Positions 29,639 through 40,120 of a DNA stretch of 64,000 nucleotides are shown here, piece after piece. Position numbers and translations under genes: made by a program. The DNA is from Alphaproteobacteria bacterium (GTDB lineage Bacteria; Pseudomonadota; Alphaproteobacteria; SP197). The stretch lies in assembly GCA_964291415.2 (NCBI GenBank), contig OZ219918.1, forward strand, positions 864,001 to 928,000, in the 5' to 3' direction. The first letter of the stretch is position 1. Each line of letters begins with the position of its first letter. The notes beneath the pieces are model-generated. The model did no database searches. It had not been told where the DNA came from and worked only from the letters and a program-made list of their open reading frames with translations.

Positions 29639-29980
29639 GGTGCCGCTCCTGTCGGATCAACGCACTTTACGTGTAGCGCATTTGGTTGTTGCCAGAAGCG
29701 TCCACGGTTCCTCGACGTTTTTCGCGCCGACGTTTCGCGGGGAGCCAGCGCTGGATCCCCGTTTCCGTCATGACCGCATCCACCTTCGCCTCCGGCACCA
29801 GGCCTTTCGGAATCTGCATGTCGAGCCGTACCGTCGGCTCGTCTCCATTGTGGCCCTGGCCCATGAGCCCCCCTTGTCTTCGAATCGGGCGCCGCCCCGA
29901 AAGCACGTTCCCGCCACCGTCTCCTCGTGGTTCTTCGCGGGCGTCCCGGGTCCTGTCGTGACGATTGTCACTGACCTGCG

Positions 29981-32437
29981 TTATCCGCGCATGCGAGTGC
30001 CTCGGGGATCATAGGCTGCCTGTTTCAGGGGGCGCATCGGGAGTTTCCTTTGGCCCAGCCCGATCTCGTAGGATCCTTCGAGCAGCGTCCGGAACGGCGC
30101 ACCACGCGGGCAGGCGACGTAGCCCATGCTGAGCGAAAGCCCGGTCCGAAATCCGCGGCAACCCGATGTGGTGTGCCCGGCGAGGACCCCGTTGCGATAG
30201 ATGGGTTCATCGTGGAGCAGCATGGGCTCGGCATCTTCGACGGCGAACATCAGGAGGTGTCGTTCCACACCCGTCTCGCGCCGTCGATGCAGCGCGTTGC
30301 AACCGAGGAATCCGCCCGGCTTGTCCCAGGCGACGGCGAACGCTAGACCGGCTTCAAGGGGTGTGGAGTCCGGCCCCAGTTCGTGCCCCCAGTGACGGAA
30401 GCCCTTTTCGATCCGGCAACTGTCAAGGACCAGCATTCCCGCGTGTGAGAGACCATGGCCTGCGCCGGCCTCAAAGAGGGTCTCGTAGACATGACCGGCG
30501 TACTCGACCGGCACACCAAGCTCCCAGCCCAGTTCGCCGGCAAAGCTGATTCGGGTGGCGCGCACCGGCGCCATTCCCAGGGTGATGCGCTGCATCGTTG
30601 CAAACGGGAACGCCTCCGGAGACAGATCAGCATCCGTCACCCGAGACATCAAATCACGGGACAGAGGCCCCATGAGGCCGAGGACACACTCGGTCATGGT
30701 GGCATCACCGATTGTGACGTCGAGTTCCAGCCTGGCTCGTTGTCGTTCGATCCATGCTAGATCCTTCTGGCGTGTCGCGGCGCCGCTCACCATGCGAAAG
30801 CGTGTCTCGCTTTCACGCGTGACCGTGACGTCGGCCTCAATTCCGCCGTGGCGGTTCAGCATCGGCGTGTAGACGACCTTGCCCTCGGCAACGTCGACGT
30901 CGTTGGCGCAGAGGTGCTGCACCAGGACAAGGCAATCACGCCCGGCAATGTCGATTTTTGTGAAGGGAGAAAGATCAAGGAGCGCGACCCGGTCACGGAT
31001 CGCTGCACCCTCTCTGGCGGCAGCCGGCCACCAGCACTGCGGACCATAACTGTAGCGGAACGATCGTTCATCCCTCGTGGTGGCGAACCAGAGGGGTCTC
31101 TCCCACCCAGCGGCCTCGCCAAGGAAGGCGCCGGCCCGTTCGTGGCAGTCGTGCAGGACGGAGCGACGGAGGCCCCGCGCCGTGGCCATCTGCCGCAACG
31201 GCCAGTGCATGGCCAGTTGATTCGCGACGGCTTCGTCCATGCGCTGAACGAGAAACGATTTCGTTGCGGCGCTTCGGTCGAATCGGGCGATATCGACCTC
31301 CCAGAGATCCATCGGAGGCTCGCCCGCATCGATCCATTCTGCCATGGCCTTGCCGACTCCCGCAGACGACATCATGCCGATGGAGTTCATGCCCGCCGCG
31401 ACATAAAAGCCACGCAGGTAGGGCGACTCTCCCATGAGCTGCCTGGTGTCGGGAGTGAAGCTCTCCGGCCCGTTCATGAAGTGCTGAATGCCGGTTTCGG
31501 AGAGACGGGGCATGCGGTGCAGCCCTGCCTTCATGAAGGGTTCAAACTGATCCCAGTCCTCGGGCAACTCGAGGAATGCACGATCACCATCAGGACCCGT
31601 GGCATCCCACACCTTGGGGCAGGGTTCGAATCCGCCCAGGACCACCTTTCCCGTGTCGCCCTTGATGTAGATACCGTTGTCGAGGTCGCGAAACACGGGC
31701 AACGGATCGGTGAGTCCGCTCATGGATTCGGTGACCACGTACATGTGTTCGACGGCCTGCAACGGCACGGGAACCCCCGCCATGCGCCCGATCTCGCGCG
31801 CCCAGGCACCCGCACAGTTAACCACGCTCTTGCAGCGAATAGTCTCGCCGCTGGAAAGCCGGACGGCGCGGACGCAGCCGTGTTCGGCGACGATGCCCGT
31901 ACAGGCCACGTTCTCGGCAATGCGTATGCCTCCGGCACGCGCACCCTTCGCATAAGCCATACAGAGATCGACAGGATTGGCCTGGGCATCCTTGGCGACC
32001 CACAGGGCGCCGGCAAGATCGCGCGTCTCCAGGAAGGGTGCTTCTCCGGCGACTTCAAGCGGAGTCAGGATGCGGACGGCCAGACCCATCATCTCGCCCG
32101 TTGCGGCAATCCGGCAGAGCTCTTCCATACGCTCGCCGGTCGTCGCAAGCCAGTAACCCCCCGTCTCGCGAAAGCCGGTGTCCTGACCCGTTTCCTCCTT
32201 TAGACGTGGCAGGAGCTCAAGGGCATAGGCAGCAAGGCGCGTGAGGTTCATGCTGGCTCGCAATGGTCCGATGATGCCCGCCGCATGCCAGGACGTGCCG
32301 CTGGCCAGCTGATTGCGCTCAATGAGAAGAACGTCGTCCAGGCCAAGTCGTGCGAGATGGTAGGCGATCGACAGGCCGGTCACGCCACCGCCGACGATGA
32401 CAACCTGTGCAGTCTGCTGGTGCGATGTTGATGCCAT
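29981..32437 (-). CDS. GcvT-family FAD-dependent dehydrogenase (dimethylglycine/sarcosine-dehydrogenase-like) 1
   Basis: GGGVTG, GTSWHAAG, NGPESFTPD, GWERP, GELGWE, RIEKG, YDP. Confidence 0.9.
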   Translation of the reverse strand: MASTSHQQTAQVVIVGGGVTGLSIAYHLARLGLDDVLLIERNQLASGTSWHAAGIIGPLRASMNLTRLAAYALELLPRLKEETGQDTGFRETGGYWLATTGERMEELCRIAATGEMMGLAVRILTPLEVAGEAPFLETRDLAGALWVAKDAQANPVDLCMAYAKGARAGGIRIAENVACTGIVAEHGCVRAVRLSSGETIRCKSVVNCAGAWAREIGRMAGVPVPLQAVEHMYVVTESMSGLTDPLPVFRDLDNGIYIKGDTGKVVLGGFEPCPKVWDATGPDGDRAFLELPEDWDQFEPFMKAGLHRMPRLSETGIQHFMNGPESFTPDTRQLMGESPYLRGFYVAAGMNSIGMMSSAGVGKAMAEWIDAGEPPMDLWEVDIARFDRSAATKSFLVQRMDEAVANQLAMHWPLRQMATARGLRRSVLHDCHERAGAFLGEAAGWERPLWFATTRDERSFRYSYGPQCWWPAAAREGAAIRDRVALLDLSPFTKIDIAGRDCLVLVQHLCANDVDVAEGKVVYTPMLNRHGGIEADVTVTRESETRFRMVSGAATRQKDLAWIERQRARLELDVTIGDATMTECVLGLMGPLSRDLMSRVTDADLSPEAFPFATMQRITLGMAPVRATRISFAGELGWELGVPVEYAGHVYETLFEAGAGHGLSHAGMLVLDSCRIEKGFRHWGHELGPDSTPLEAGLAFAVAWDKPGGFLGCNALHRRRETGVERHLLMFAVEDAEPMLLHDEPIYRNGVLAGHTTSGCRGFRTGLSLSMGYVACPRGAPFRTLLEGSYEIGLGQRKLPMRPLKQAAYDPRGTRMRG

Positions 32438-32608
32438 GGTCTTCAGACCAGTCGGCCTTTGAGGAAGCCGACCCGCGGTTTCCTTTCGCGGGGCATGATA
32501 CCAGAGCAGATCCGGTCCGCCCCGCTCAAGACATGCTCCCCGGCATGGCAGCATTGGCGGGGAAGTTTCGCTCCCTGAACTGCGTTTTCCTCTCTGGAAG
32601 CCGGCGCA

Positions 32609-34168
32609 TCAGCCGGCCTTGCGAATGGCTTCGAGGCGCCGGGCGACGAAATCGTCGATTCCCTCGCGCACAGCCTGATCCATTGGTGGTGGTTCGTACT
32701 GCGCCAGCATCTCCTTGAACCGGACATTGAGGCGCTGATGCTGCCAGCGCGATCCGTCCGCCGTCCACTGCTCGAACGTCGAGTTGTCGGCGGTGTCGGA
32801 AAGAAAGTTGGCCGTCTCGAAATGACGAAGGGTGTGCGCGCTGCCGAGGAAATGGTGGCCCGGTCCGACCTCCCTGATCGCATCGAGTGCCTGCGCTTCA
32901 GGTGAAAGATCGACCCCGGAGGCGAACTTCTGCAACGCCGCGCAGCGGTCGGCGTCCATCAACGTCTTTTCGTATCCCATCGTCAGCAGGCCCTCTAGAC
33001 AGCCCGTGGCGTGAATGATGAAGTGCACGCCTGCCATGAACGCTCCGAGCAGCTGGGTCGCGCTTTCGTAAGCCGCCTGGGCATCCGGCACCTTCGAGGC
33101 GGTGAGTGCTCCGACGGAATGAAATGGAACACCAAGGCGTCGGGCGAGGGCAGCGGCGCACATCTGGATCTGCATTCCCTCAGGTGTCCCGAAAGTCGGC
33201 GCACCGGTCTTGAGAGAGATCGGACTCGAGAAGGTGCCGAAGACGCATGGCGCACCGGGCCGAATGAGCTGGATCAGCGCGAGTCCCGCCAAGGCCTCGG
33301 CGAGCAACTGCGCCAATGTGCCGGCAACCGTCACCGGGCTCATGGCGCCTGCGAGAATGAAGGGTGAGACCACGACGGCCTGACCTGCACGCGCATAGAC
33401 CTTGAGCGCTCCGAGCATCGTGGCGTCCAAGACCAGAGGCGCGTTGCTGTTGACGACGCTGTAGATGCAGCAGTGCGTGTCCACGAACCGGTCTCCGAAC
33501 ACGATCCGGGCCATCGTCACGGTATCCTCGGCTCGTTCGGGAGCGGTCACCGCGCCCATGAATGGCTTGTCGTTCAGGGTCAGGTGAGCGCGAATCATCG
33601 ACAGATGCCGTTCGGTTACCGGCAGGTCGACCGGCTCGCACACCACTCCCCCCGAGTGGTGCACACTCGCCAGCAGGTAGTGGAGTCGGGTCAGGTTCTC
33701 GAAGTCCGCGAGCGTCGCATACCGGCGCCCGGCGTCCATGTCGTGCACGAAAGGCGGACCGAAGCTCGGACAGAAAAGCGAGTTGTTGCCTCCGATGCGA
33801 ACGGAGCGCTCCGGATTGCGGGCGTGCTGCACGAACTCGACCGGCGCGCTCGCTTCAATGATTGCGCGGCAGTGTCCAGGTTCGAACCGTACCCGCTCAC
33901 CCACAACCCGGGCACCGGCATCGCGCAGGATGGCGAGCACCTCCGCATCGCCGCGAAACTCCATCCCGATCTCGGCGAGTATCAGGTCGGCATTGCGTTC
34001 GATCAGCGCCAACCCTTCCTCATCGAGCAGTTCGAATACACCGACGTTGCGCTGTATGTATGCCGGCGCGGCCAGCCTTGCGGACCGGGCCGCCTGGCCG
34101 CGGGCGGTGCGTCGTGCCGCGCTGCCACCGCGACGCATCGAAGTGGCGGGGGGCACGCGTGCACTCAC
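32609..34168 (-). CDS. MttB-superfamily methyltransferase, non-pyrrolysine
   Basis: Arg-rich N-terminus, CEPVDLP, DKPFMG, PFILAGAMSPVT, GAPTFGTPE, SKVPDAQA, GPGHHFLGSAHT; no in-frame TAG. Confidence 0.9.
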   Translation of the reverse strand: MSARVPPATSMRRGGSAARRTARGQAARSARLAAPAYIQRNVGVFELLDEEGLALIERNADLILAEIGMEFRGDAEVLAILRDAGARVVGERVRFEPGHCRAIIEASAPVEFVQHARNPERSVRIGGNNSLFCPSFGPPFVHDMDAGRRYATLADFENLTRLHYLLASVHHSGGVVCEPVDLPVTERHLSMIRAHLTLNDKPFMGAVTAPERAEDTVTMARIVFGDRFVDTHCCIYSVVNSNAPLVLDATMLGALKVYARAGQAVVVSPFILAGAMSPVTVAGTLAQLLAEALAGLALIQLIRPGAPCVFGTFSSPISLKTGAPTFGTPEGMQIQMCAAALARRLGVPFHSVGALTASKVPDAQAAYESATQLLGAFMAGVHFIIHATGCLEGLLTMGYEKTLMDADRCAALQKFASGVDLSPEAQALDAIREVGPGHHFLGSAHTLRHFETANFLSDTADNSTFEQWTADGSRWQHQRLNVRFKEMLAQYEPPPMDQAVREGIDDFVARRLEAIRKAG

Positions 34169-36606
34169 GTCGCTGTCCCCCGCAGACGCGCGTTCGTCGG
34201 ATCGTAGGGTGCATCACTGAGCACGCGCGCGCGCACCTCGCAAGCTGGCAGCCTTACCAGCAGTTCGTCAGCCGGGTCCGGTGCGCCCTCCCGGAACCAG
34301 GCAAGCGCGAGGCTCGCCTCCACGCGATGGCCGAACGCGCCGGACGTCACGAGACCGACGACCTTTCCGCGGCAAAGGACCGTGTGCATGCCAGATGCAT
34401 CGACGCCATGATCCTCGAGTTCGAGCAAGGCCATGCGCCATGGTCGTCCGGTCTCGCGTTCGAGCATCCGGTCACGGCCGACGAACGACCGGCCCGAGGT
34501 TCTGACGAGATGACGAAGTCCCGCCTCCATTGGCGTGCGCTCTGTGCCGAGGTCGGGACCGAATGCCCGGTAACCCTTCTCGAGCCGCATGGCGTTCAGG
34601 GCGAAGGCGCCAAAATGCACGAGATCATGGCGGGCGCCTTCCTCGACTATTGCGGCGTACAACGCGCCCATCCGAGGCATCGGAAGATGCAACTCGAACC
34701 CCGATTCGCCAACGTAGGAGATGCGCAGGGCACGCACGGCCACCCCCGCCAACTTCAACTCGCGCGCCGTCAGCCACGGGAACGATCCGACGTCGAGATT
34801 CGTGCGAGTGAGCCGGCTGAGGAGTGTCGAAGCTGCAGGGCCCATTACCGCCAGTACGCCGCGTTCGGCCGTCACGTCCTCCACCAGAACCTCCAGACCT
34901 TCCGAGCGCGTACGCAGCAGGTCCAGGTCGTGGCGCAGGGCAACCGCGGCACTCGTCAGATAGAATCGGCCACCTTCAAGGCGCGTCACGGTGAACTCGG
35001 CTGCAACTCCTCCGGAAGGGGTCAGGACGTGCATGAGACCGAGACGCCCTTCGGTTTCCGGCGCCCGGTTGGCTCCCAGGCTGGCGAGCCAGTGGGCAGC
35101 GTCCGGTCCCGAGACCTCGAACTTGGCAAGGGCCGAGAGCTCGGCGATGCCCGCAGAGTCGCTCACCCTCCGGCATTCCTCGGCGACGACGTCGAACCAG
35201 TTGCATCTGCGAAAGGACAGTTCCGGCTCGCGCTCGCTCTCGTCACGCGCGAAATAGTTGGGCCGCTCCCACCCGTTGACACTGCCCATCACTGCTCCTT
35301 CCTTGAGCAGCGACCTGTAGAGTGGTGTGGTGCGCACCGGCCGGCCAGCCGGTCGTTCCTCGCCGGGGTAGTGGATGGCGAACTGCCGGGCGAAGCACTC
35401 GGTTGCCTTGGCCACCCGGTAGCCGCGGTCGGCCCAGGCGCCGAAACGGCGCGGGTCGACTGCCTGCGCATCCATTGGCGGCTCACCGGCGATGATCCAC
35501 TCGGCAAGAAATCGCCCCGCTCCACCGCCTTCCATGATGCCCATGCTCGAGCCCGTGAGCAGCCAGCTGTTCGGCAGGCCGAATGCCGGGCCGATGAGGG
35601 GATTCGCGTCTGGCGTGAAGGTGATCGGACCGTTGATGATCGAACGGACTCCGCCTTCGGCCAGCGCCGGCAGGCGGCGCATCGCACATTCCACGATTGG
35701 CTCGATCCGGGCGAGGTCCGGCTCCAGCAGTTCCATGCCGAATCCGGCCGGTACGCCGTCAACCGACCAGGCCCTGGCGTCCTTCTCGTAAGGGCCGACG
35801 ATGAGACCGTCACGTTCTTGGCGCACGTACCAGCTCTCTTCGGGGTCGCGGATGATGGGGAGTTCGTGCTCCAGGTTCGCGACGACCCCAATTCGACTGG
35901 TTACCAGATACTGATGCAGCATCGGCACCACGGGAAGGTCCACTCCCGTCATCGCGGCGACCTCGCGGCACCACGTACCTGCCGCGTTCACAACGTGCTC
36001 GGCGAGGACACTGCCCTTCGCCGTCGTTACCCGCCACCCGGCGTCGCCGCTCACTGGTTCGATCGACTCCACGGGGCAGTTCCGATGGATTGTCGCCCCG
36101 CCCTGTCGCGCCCCCGCCGCCATGGCCTGCGTCGCCTGACTTGGGTCGACGTGACCATCGTGCGGCTCGTAGATCGCGCCGGCGAGTCCGTTCACCAGGG
36201 CCAGGGGGTGCAGATCGCGCACCTCTTCCGGTCCGATGATGTGAAACTCACAACCGGTGAAGCATCCCAGACCCTGGACATGGGCAAACTCGTCGAGACG
36301 GTCCCGGGATCGGGTGATGCGCAGTGCTCCCGACGGGTGGAAACCGACCTCGACGCCGGTTTCCTGCGCGAGTTGCTTGCGGTAAAGGTGCACACTGTGC
36401 GCGCGCATCTCCATCACCGTGGGGCTGTGCGCGAAGTGCGTGCAAAGCCCCGCCGCGTGCCATGTCGAGCCCGCCGTCAGTTCACTCTTTTCAAATAGCA
36501 CGACCTCGTTCCAGCCGAGCCGGGTCAGGTGATAGAGCGCCGAGACCCCCATCACGCCGCCGCCGATGATCACGACTCGCGCGTGCGATTGCACCGCCGC
36601 ACTCAT
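34165..36606 (-). CDS. GcvT-family FAD-dependent dehydrogenase (dimethylglycine-dehydrogenase-like) 2
   Basis: GGGVMG, GSTWHAAG, NGPITFTPD, GWERP, SYVGESGFE, RLEKGY. Confidence 0.9.
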   Translation of the reverse strand: MSAAVQSHARVVIIGGGVMGVSALYHLTRLGWNEVVLFEKSELTAGSTWHAAGLCTHFAHSPTVMEMRAHSVHLYRKQLAQETGVEVGFHPSGALRITRSRDRLDEFAHVQGLGCFTGCEFHIIGPEEVRDLHPLALVNGLAGAIYEPHDGHVDPSQATQAMAAGARQGGATIHRNCPVESIEPVSGDAGWRVTTAKGSVLAEHVVNAAGTWCREVAAMTGVDLPVVPMLHQYLVTSRIGVVANLEHELPIIRDPEESWYVRQERDGLIVGPYEKDARAWSVDGVPAGFGMELLEPDLARIEPIVECAMRRLPALAEGGVRSIINGPITFTPDANPLIGPAFGLPNSWLLTGSSMGIMEGGGAGRFLAEWIIAGEPPMDAQAVDPRRFGAWADRGYRVAKATECFARQFAIHYPGEERPAGRPVRTTPLYRSLLKEGAVMGSVNGWERPNYFARDESEREPELSFRRCNWFDVVAEECRRVSDSAGIAELSALAKFEVSGPDAAHWLASLGANRAPETEGRLGLMHVLTPSGGVAAEFTVTRLEGGRFYLTSAAVALRHDLDLLRTRSEGLEVLVEDVTAERGVLAVMGPAASTLLSRLTRTNLDVGSFPWLTARELKLAGVAVRALRISYVGESGFELHLPMPRMGALYAAIVEEGARHDLVHFGAFALNAMRLEKGYRAFGPDLGTERTPMEAGLRHLVRTSGRSFVGRDRMLERETGRPWRMALLELEDHGVDASGMHTVLCRGKVVGLVTSGAFGHRVEASLALAWFREGAPDPADELLVRLPACEVRARVLSDAPYDPTNARLRGTAT

Positions 36607-37152
36607 ACCCCCAAGTATCCCACAGCACGGTGTCGGGCCGTCCCGACATTGTATGCGATGGATGCCAAGGGCGACTCACCGTGCCTGTGGCGTGCCTTGT
36701 GCATCGTCAGTTCCGGTTCCGCCGGCGAAAGGAGTCGGGTCGGCAGGAATCCGTCCTGGCGCACGCGACAACGGCCCCTCCAGAGGAGGAGGCGACGCGA
36801 AACGCTTCGGATCCTCTGTTCCATGAGCGCCTGACTCCCGATGAGTCGATCAGGCATTCTCCACCCTACGCCAGTTACGGGCAGAATACTGTTCACCCTG
36901 ATACCGTACTAGCGAGTCCGGGCGTCTCAGGATGACGGGAGAGAGTGAGGCCGGAACCTCTCAGGGGCTCAACAAAGGATGGAGTCTTGTGCTGTCATTT
37001 TTTCGCAGAAGGGTGGCGGCGGTGATACACTTCAAGGGACGGAAGGTGGGGGCACTGGATGCTCCTTGTCTTCGACTGTTGCGCCAAATGACCCTGAGTT
37101 GGCGGCTTCCGGACCCACGCTGACATTCCTGATCGACGGGGGAAAACCAAAG

Positions 37153-38487
37153 ATGAGTGACCATGAAGCGGGTTGTGTCGATGCCATGACGACGGACTGG
37201 ACGACGGATGGCATCGTTGCCCGGCGCGAAAAGTACTATGCGGCATCACAGCGCAAGTTTGTGCCCTACGAGACACCTCTCATCTTCCGCCGCGGCAGGG
37301 GTCAATACCTGTGGGACGAGACCGGCAAGAAATACATCGATCTCCTGGGCATGAATCTCTGCATTTCGGTCGGTCATGCGCACCCTGCCGTGGTACAGGC
37401 GGCTCAGGAGCAGATTGCCGAACTGACTCACTGCACGACGATGTTTTATCACCCCGTGCCTGCCCATCTGGCCGAGGAACTCACAGCCACCATGCCGGAT
37501 GGTGAAGACTGGGTTGTCCACTTCACCAACAGCGGTTCCGAGGCGATTGATCTTGCCTTGTTGATGGCGCGCAGCAGCACCGGCAACTCCGATATGCTGG
37601 CGTTGCGCAGCAGTTATCACGGCGCCACGTTCGGCGCTCAGGCACTGACCGGAATCAGTGGCTTTCGCCATCCGGTGCCGCAGCTTGGCGGGATCACCTT
37701 CGTGCCGGAACCGAATCAGTACCGGGGCGTCTTCGGTGCCGGCGTCGAGCCTTATCTCGCCGAGATCGACCGGGCCATCAATTCATCCACCAACGGCAGA
37801 CTGGCAGGCATGATCATCGAGCCAGTCCAGGGCTACGGGGGTATTGTCCCGATGCCCCCTGGCTATCTGCGAGGCGCGTTTTCCCGGGTTCGTTCGGCAG
37901 GCGGGTGCTGCATTGTCGACGAGGTCCAGGCCGGTTTCGCCCGCACGGGCGACAATTTCTGGGCGTTCGAGGCTGACGGCGTCGTGCCGGACATCGTCGT
38001 GATGGCCAAGGGTATCGGAAACGGTGTCCCTCTGGGCGCTGTCGTCGCCCGGCGTGACATTGCCGAGTGCATGGCCGACAAGTTCCTCTTTCACACCTAT
38101 GGGGCGAACCCCGTCGCCTGTGCCGTCGGGCGCGCCGTCCTGAGGGTCATTCGCGAGGAAGGGCTGCAGGAGAATGCGCGCAACGTGGGTGCCGCGCTGG
38201 CCGCTCGTCTCGCCGAACTGCAGCAGAAGTACGCGGTGATCGGTGATGTGCGGGGCCGCGGACTGATGCTGGCCATCGAGTGCGTCAAAGATCGCGCCAC
38301 ACGGGAACCGGACACCGAGACGACCGCACGCGTGTTCGAGGTGACACGGCAGGAGGGACTCGTCGTCAGCAAGTCGGGCCCCTACCGCAGTGTGCTGCGC
38401 ATGGTGCCGCCTCTTTGCCTGTCGATGGACGATGTACCGGTCGTCGCGGAACGACTGGACCGCAGTTTCGCTGCCGTCTTGAACTGA
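37153..38487 (+). CDS. Class III PLP aminotransferase (AGXT2-like)
   Basis: NSGSEA, SYHG, EPVQGYGG, DEVQAGFARTG, MAKGIGNG, HTYGANP. Confidence 0.9.
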   Translation: MSDHEAGCVDAMTTDWTTDGIVARREKYYAASQRKFVPYETPLIFRRGRGQYLWDETGKKYIDLLGMNLCISVGHAHPAVVQAAQEQIAELTHCTTMFYHPVPAHLAEELTATMPDGEDWVVHFTNSGSEAIDLALLMARSSTGNSDMLALRSSYHGATFGAQALTGISGFRHPVPQLGGITFVPEPNQYRGVFGAGVEPYLAEIDRAINSSTNGRLAGMIIEPVQGYGGIVPMPPGYLRGAFSRVRSAGGCCIVDEVQAGFARTGDNFWAFEADGVVPDIVVMAKGIGNGVPLGAVVARRDIAECMADKFLFHTYGANPVACAVGRAVLRVIREEGLQENARNVGAALAARLAELQQKYAVIGDVRGRGLMLAIECVKDRATREPDTETTARVFEVTRQEGLVVSKSGPYRSVLRMVPPLCLSMDDVPVVAERLDRSFAAVLN

Positions 38488-38494
38488 GACCCGG

Positions 38495-39886
38495 TCAGGC
38501 CTGCTGCCGCTGCGTTTCCGAGAGTTCGGATTCAAGCAGCTTGAGCCGAGAGGTAATGAAGGCGTCCCGTTCCCGACCACGCAACCGGTCGCCCTGGGAA
38601 AGGACAGAGACCACGCTTGCAAGCCTCTCCTTCATCAGGACGGCATCGTCTTTCCCTGCAACGACAGGTATTCGCAGAATCGTGTCGCCCGACCATGTGG
38701 GAATCGGTCCCGGGCCATCTCCAGCTGGCTGGCGGGGTTCACGGCCCTGGCTGAGGGCGCGGACGTCGCGACGCAGACGCCGCCTGAACCGGGTCACGCC
38801 CTTGTCCGATGTTGCCAAGTGTTCCTTGCCGTGGACGACGATCGGGCCAAGACTCACCATGGCCTCGTAGTCACCGGGGTTGCGTTGCCGTTCCTCAGGC
38901 GGCCGGTCGAACACCTCGCCCTGTTCCAGCCTCTCGATGTCGGCCGGATTGTTGTAGCGCACCGGGTCGGCACGGTCACCGAAGCAGGCCCACGCGACGA
39001 CCTTTGTGTTGCGGTCGTCGACCGGAAGGCACCAGCGAAAGAACGTGTTGCGGCCGAAGTAGCGTACGCGCGTGCCATCCATCTCGTGAACTGCACCCGA
39101 CTGGGTCATGTTGGGCAGCAGGTTTTCCTGTATGCGAAACCAGAGGTTGTCGCCTACGCGCCGGGTGATCGTGCAATAAACGGACTGATCGTTCTCATGG
39201 TATGTGACGTCGCCCAGGATGCCCCAGTTCTCGGAGAATTGCGGTCCGTTGACGAGTGTATGGAGAAACATGGAGTGGACGGGATCGACGCCGTTCTCTG
39301 TCACCTGGAGCCAATTGCAGGGGAAAGAGCAGGTGTAGGGGACCATCTCGACCCCAGGTACATCGAACGTGTCGAAGACCGGAAACTCCGGCAACAGGTC
39401 GGGTGGGCCCATGTAGGCAAAGACAAGCCCCTTGTACTCCCGCACCGGATAAGCGCCCTGGCATACCGTTCTGTAGACCGGTGAGTTCCGGGGCTCGGCC
39501 GGAGCCTCCAGCAGCGTGCCATCGATGTCATAGAGCCAGCCGTGATAGCAACACCGGATACCCCGTTCCTCGACACGGCCATATTCAAGCGATGCCCGGC
39601 GATGGGCGCAGTGTTTTCGGAGCAGCCCGAGTCGGCCTGACAGATCCCGGAACAGAACAAGGTCTTCGCCCAGGATCCTGATGGCGAGCGGCAGGTCTCC
39701 GATTTCCGAAGTCAAGGCAATTCCATGCCAGAAGCGCCGCAGGTATTCACCCGCCGGCGTCCCGTGTCCGACAAGGGTAAGTTCGGGGTCCGCGCTTGCA
39801 TCTTCGCGATCATGGTAGGCCGTGTACCCTGTGCCAGGCGTGGAATCATGCATGACGGAGCCTCCCCAATCCGGTTTGTCTGCCAT
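38495..39886 (-). CDS. Rieske non-heme iron oxygenase alpha subunit (phthalate-dioxygenase-like)
   Basis: GTPAGEYLRRFW, CAHR...CCYHGW, ENGVDPVHSMFLH, EHLATSDKG. Confidence 0.9.
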   Translation of the reverse strand: MADKPDWGGSVMHDSTPGTGYTAYHDREDASADPELTLVGHGTPAGEYLRRFWHGIALTSEIGDLPLAIRILGEDLVLFRDLSGRLGLLRKHCAHRRASLEYGRVEERGIRCCYHGWLYDIDGTLLEAPAEPRNSPVYRTVCQGAYPVREYKGLVFAYMGPPDLLPEFPVFDTFDVPGVEMVPYTCSFPCNWLQVTENGVDPVHSMFLHTLVNGPQFSENWGILGDVTYHENDQSVYCTITRRVGDNLWFRIQENLLPNMTQSGAVHEMDGTRVRYFGRNTFFRWCLPVDDRNTKVVAWACFGDRADPVRYNNPADIERLEQGEVFDRPPEERQRNPGDYEAMVSLGPIVVHGKEHLATSDKGVTRFRRRLRRDVRALSQGREPRQPAGDGPGPIPTWSGDTILRIPVVAGKDDAVLMKERLASVVSVLSQGDRLRGRERDAFITSRLKLLESELSETQRQQA

Positions 39887-40120
39887 GTGACATCTGCTCT
39901 AGGGAGACACGCCCGTGCACCGGAAACGCGGCGTGCCATCAGCGACAGGGGCCGGAAAGCCGCAACGCCCGAAGCTGTTTTCTGAAACGGAGCATGAGAC
40001 CATTGTGGCAACCAGGCAAAGGGGAATTGGCAGCCACCACGGTCGAGCCGGCGTTCGCATGCGGACGGCAACTCCATTTGTCATCGCACAAAAGTGCGGT
40101 GTGGCTCTCACAATCTCGCG

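Noticed and set aside
32609-34168. Pyrrolysine-containing trimethylamine methyltransferase
   Set aside because: The ORF is uninterrupted with no in-frame amber codon, and no pyl genes are present.
33862-36498. Long antisense ORFs (e.g. 878 aa here, 1047-3062 extension, 30848-32203, 26343-28019)
   Set aside because: Shadow frames of GC-rich genes on the opposite strand; no recognisable motifs.
36938-36965. Glycine-riboswitch-like words GGAGAG...CTCTCAGG
   Set aside because: Lacks the CCGAAG segment and is too short for an aptamer; kept only as part of a low-interest intergenic finding.
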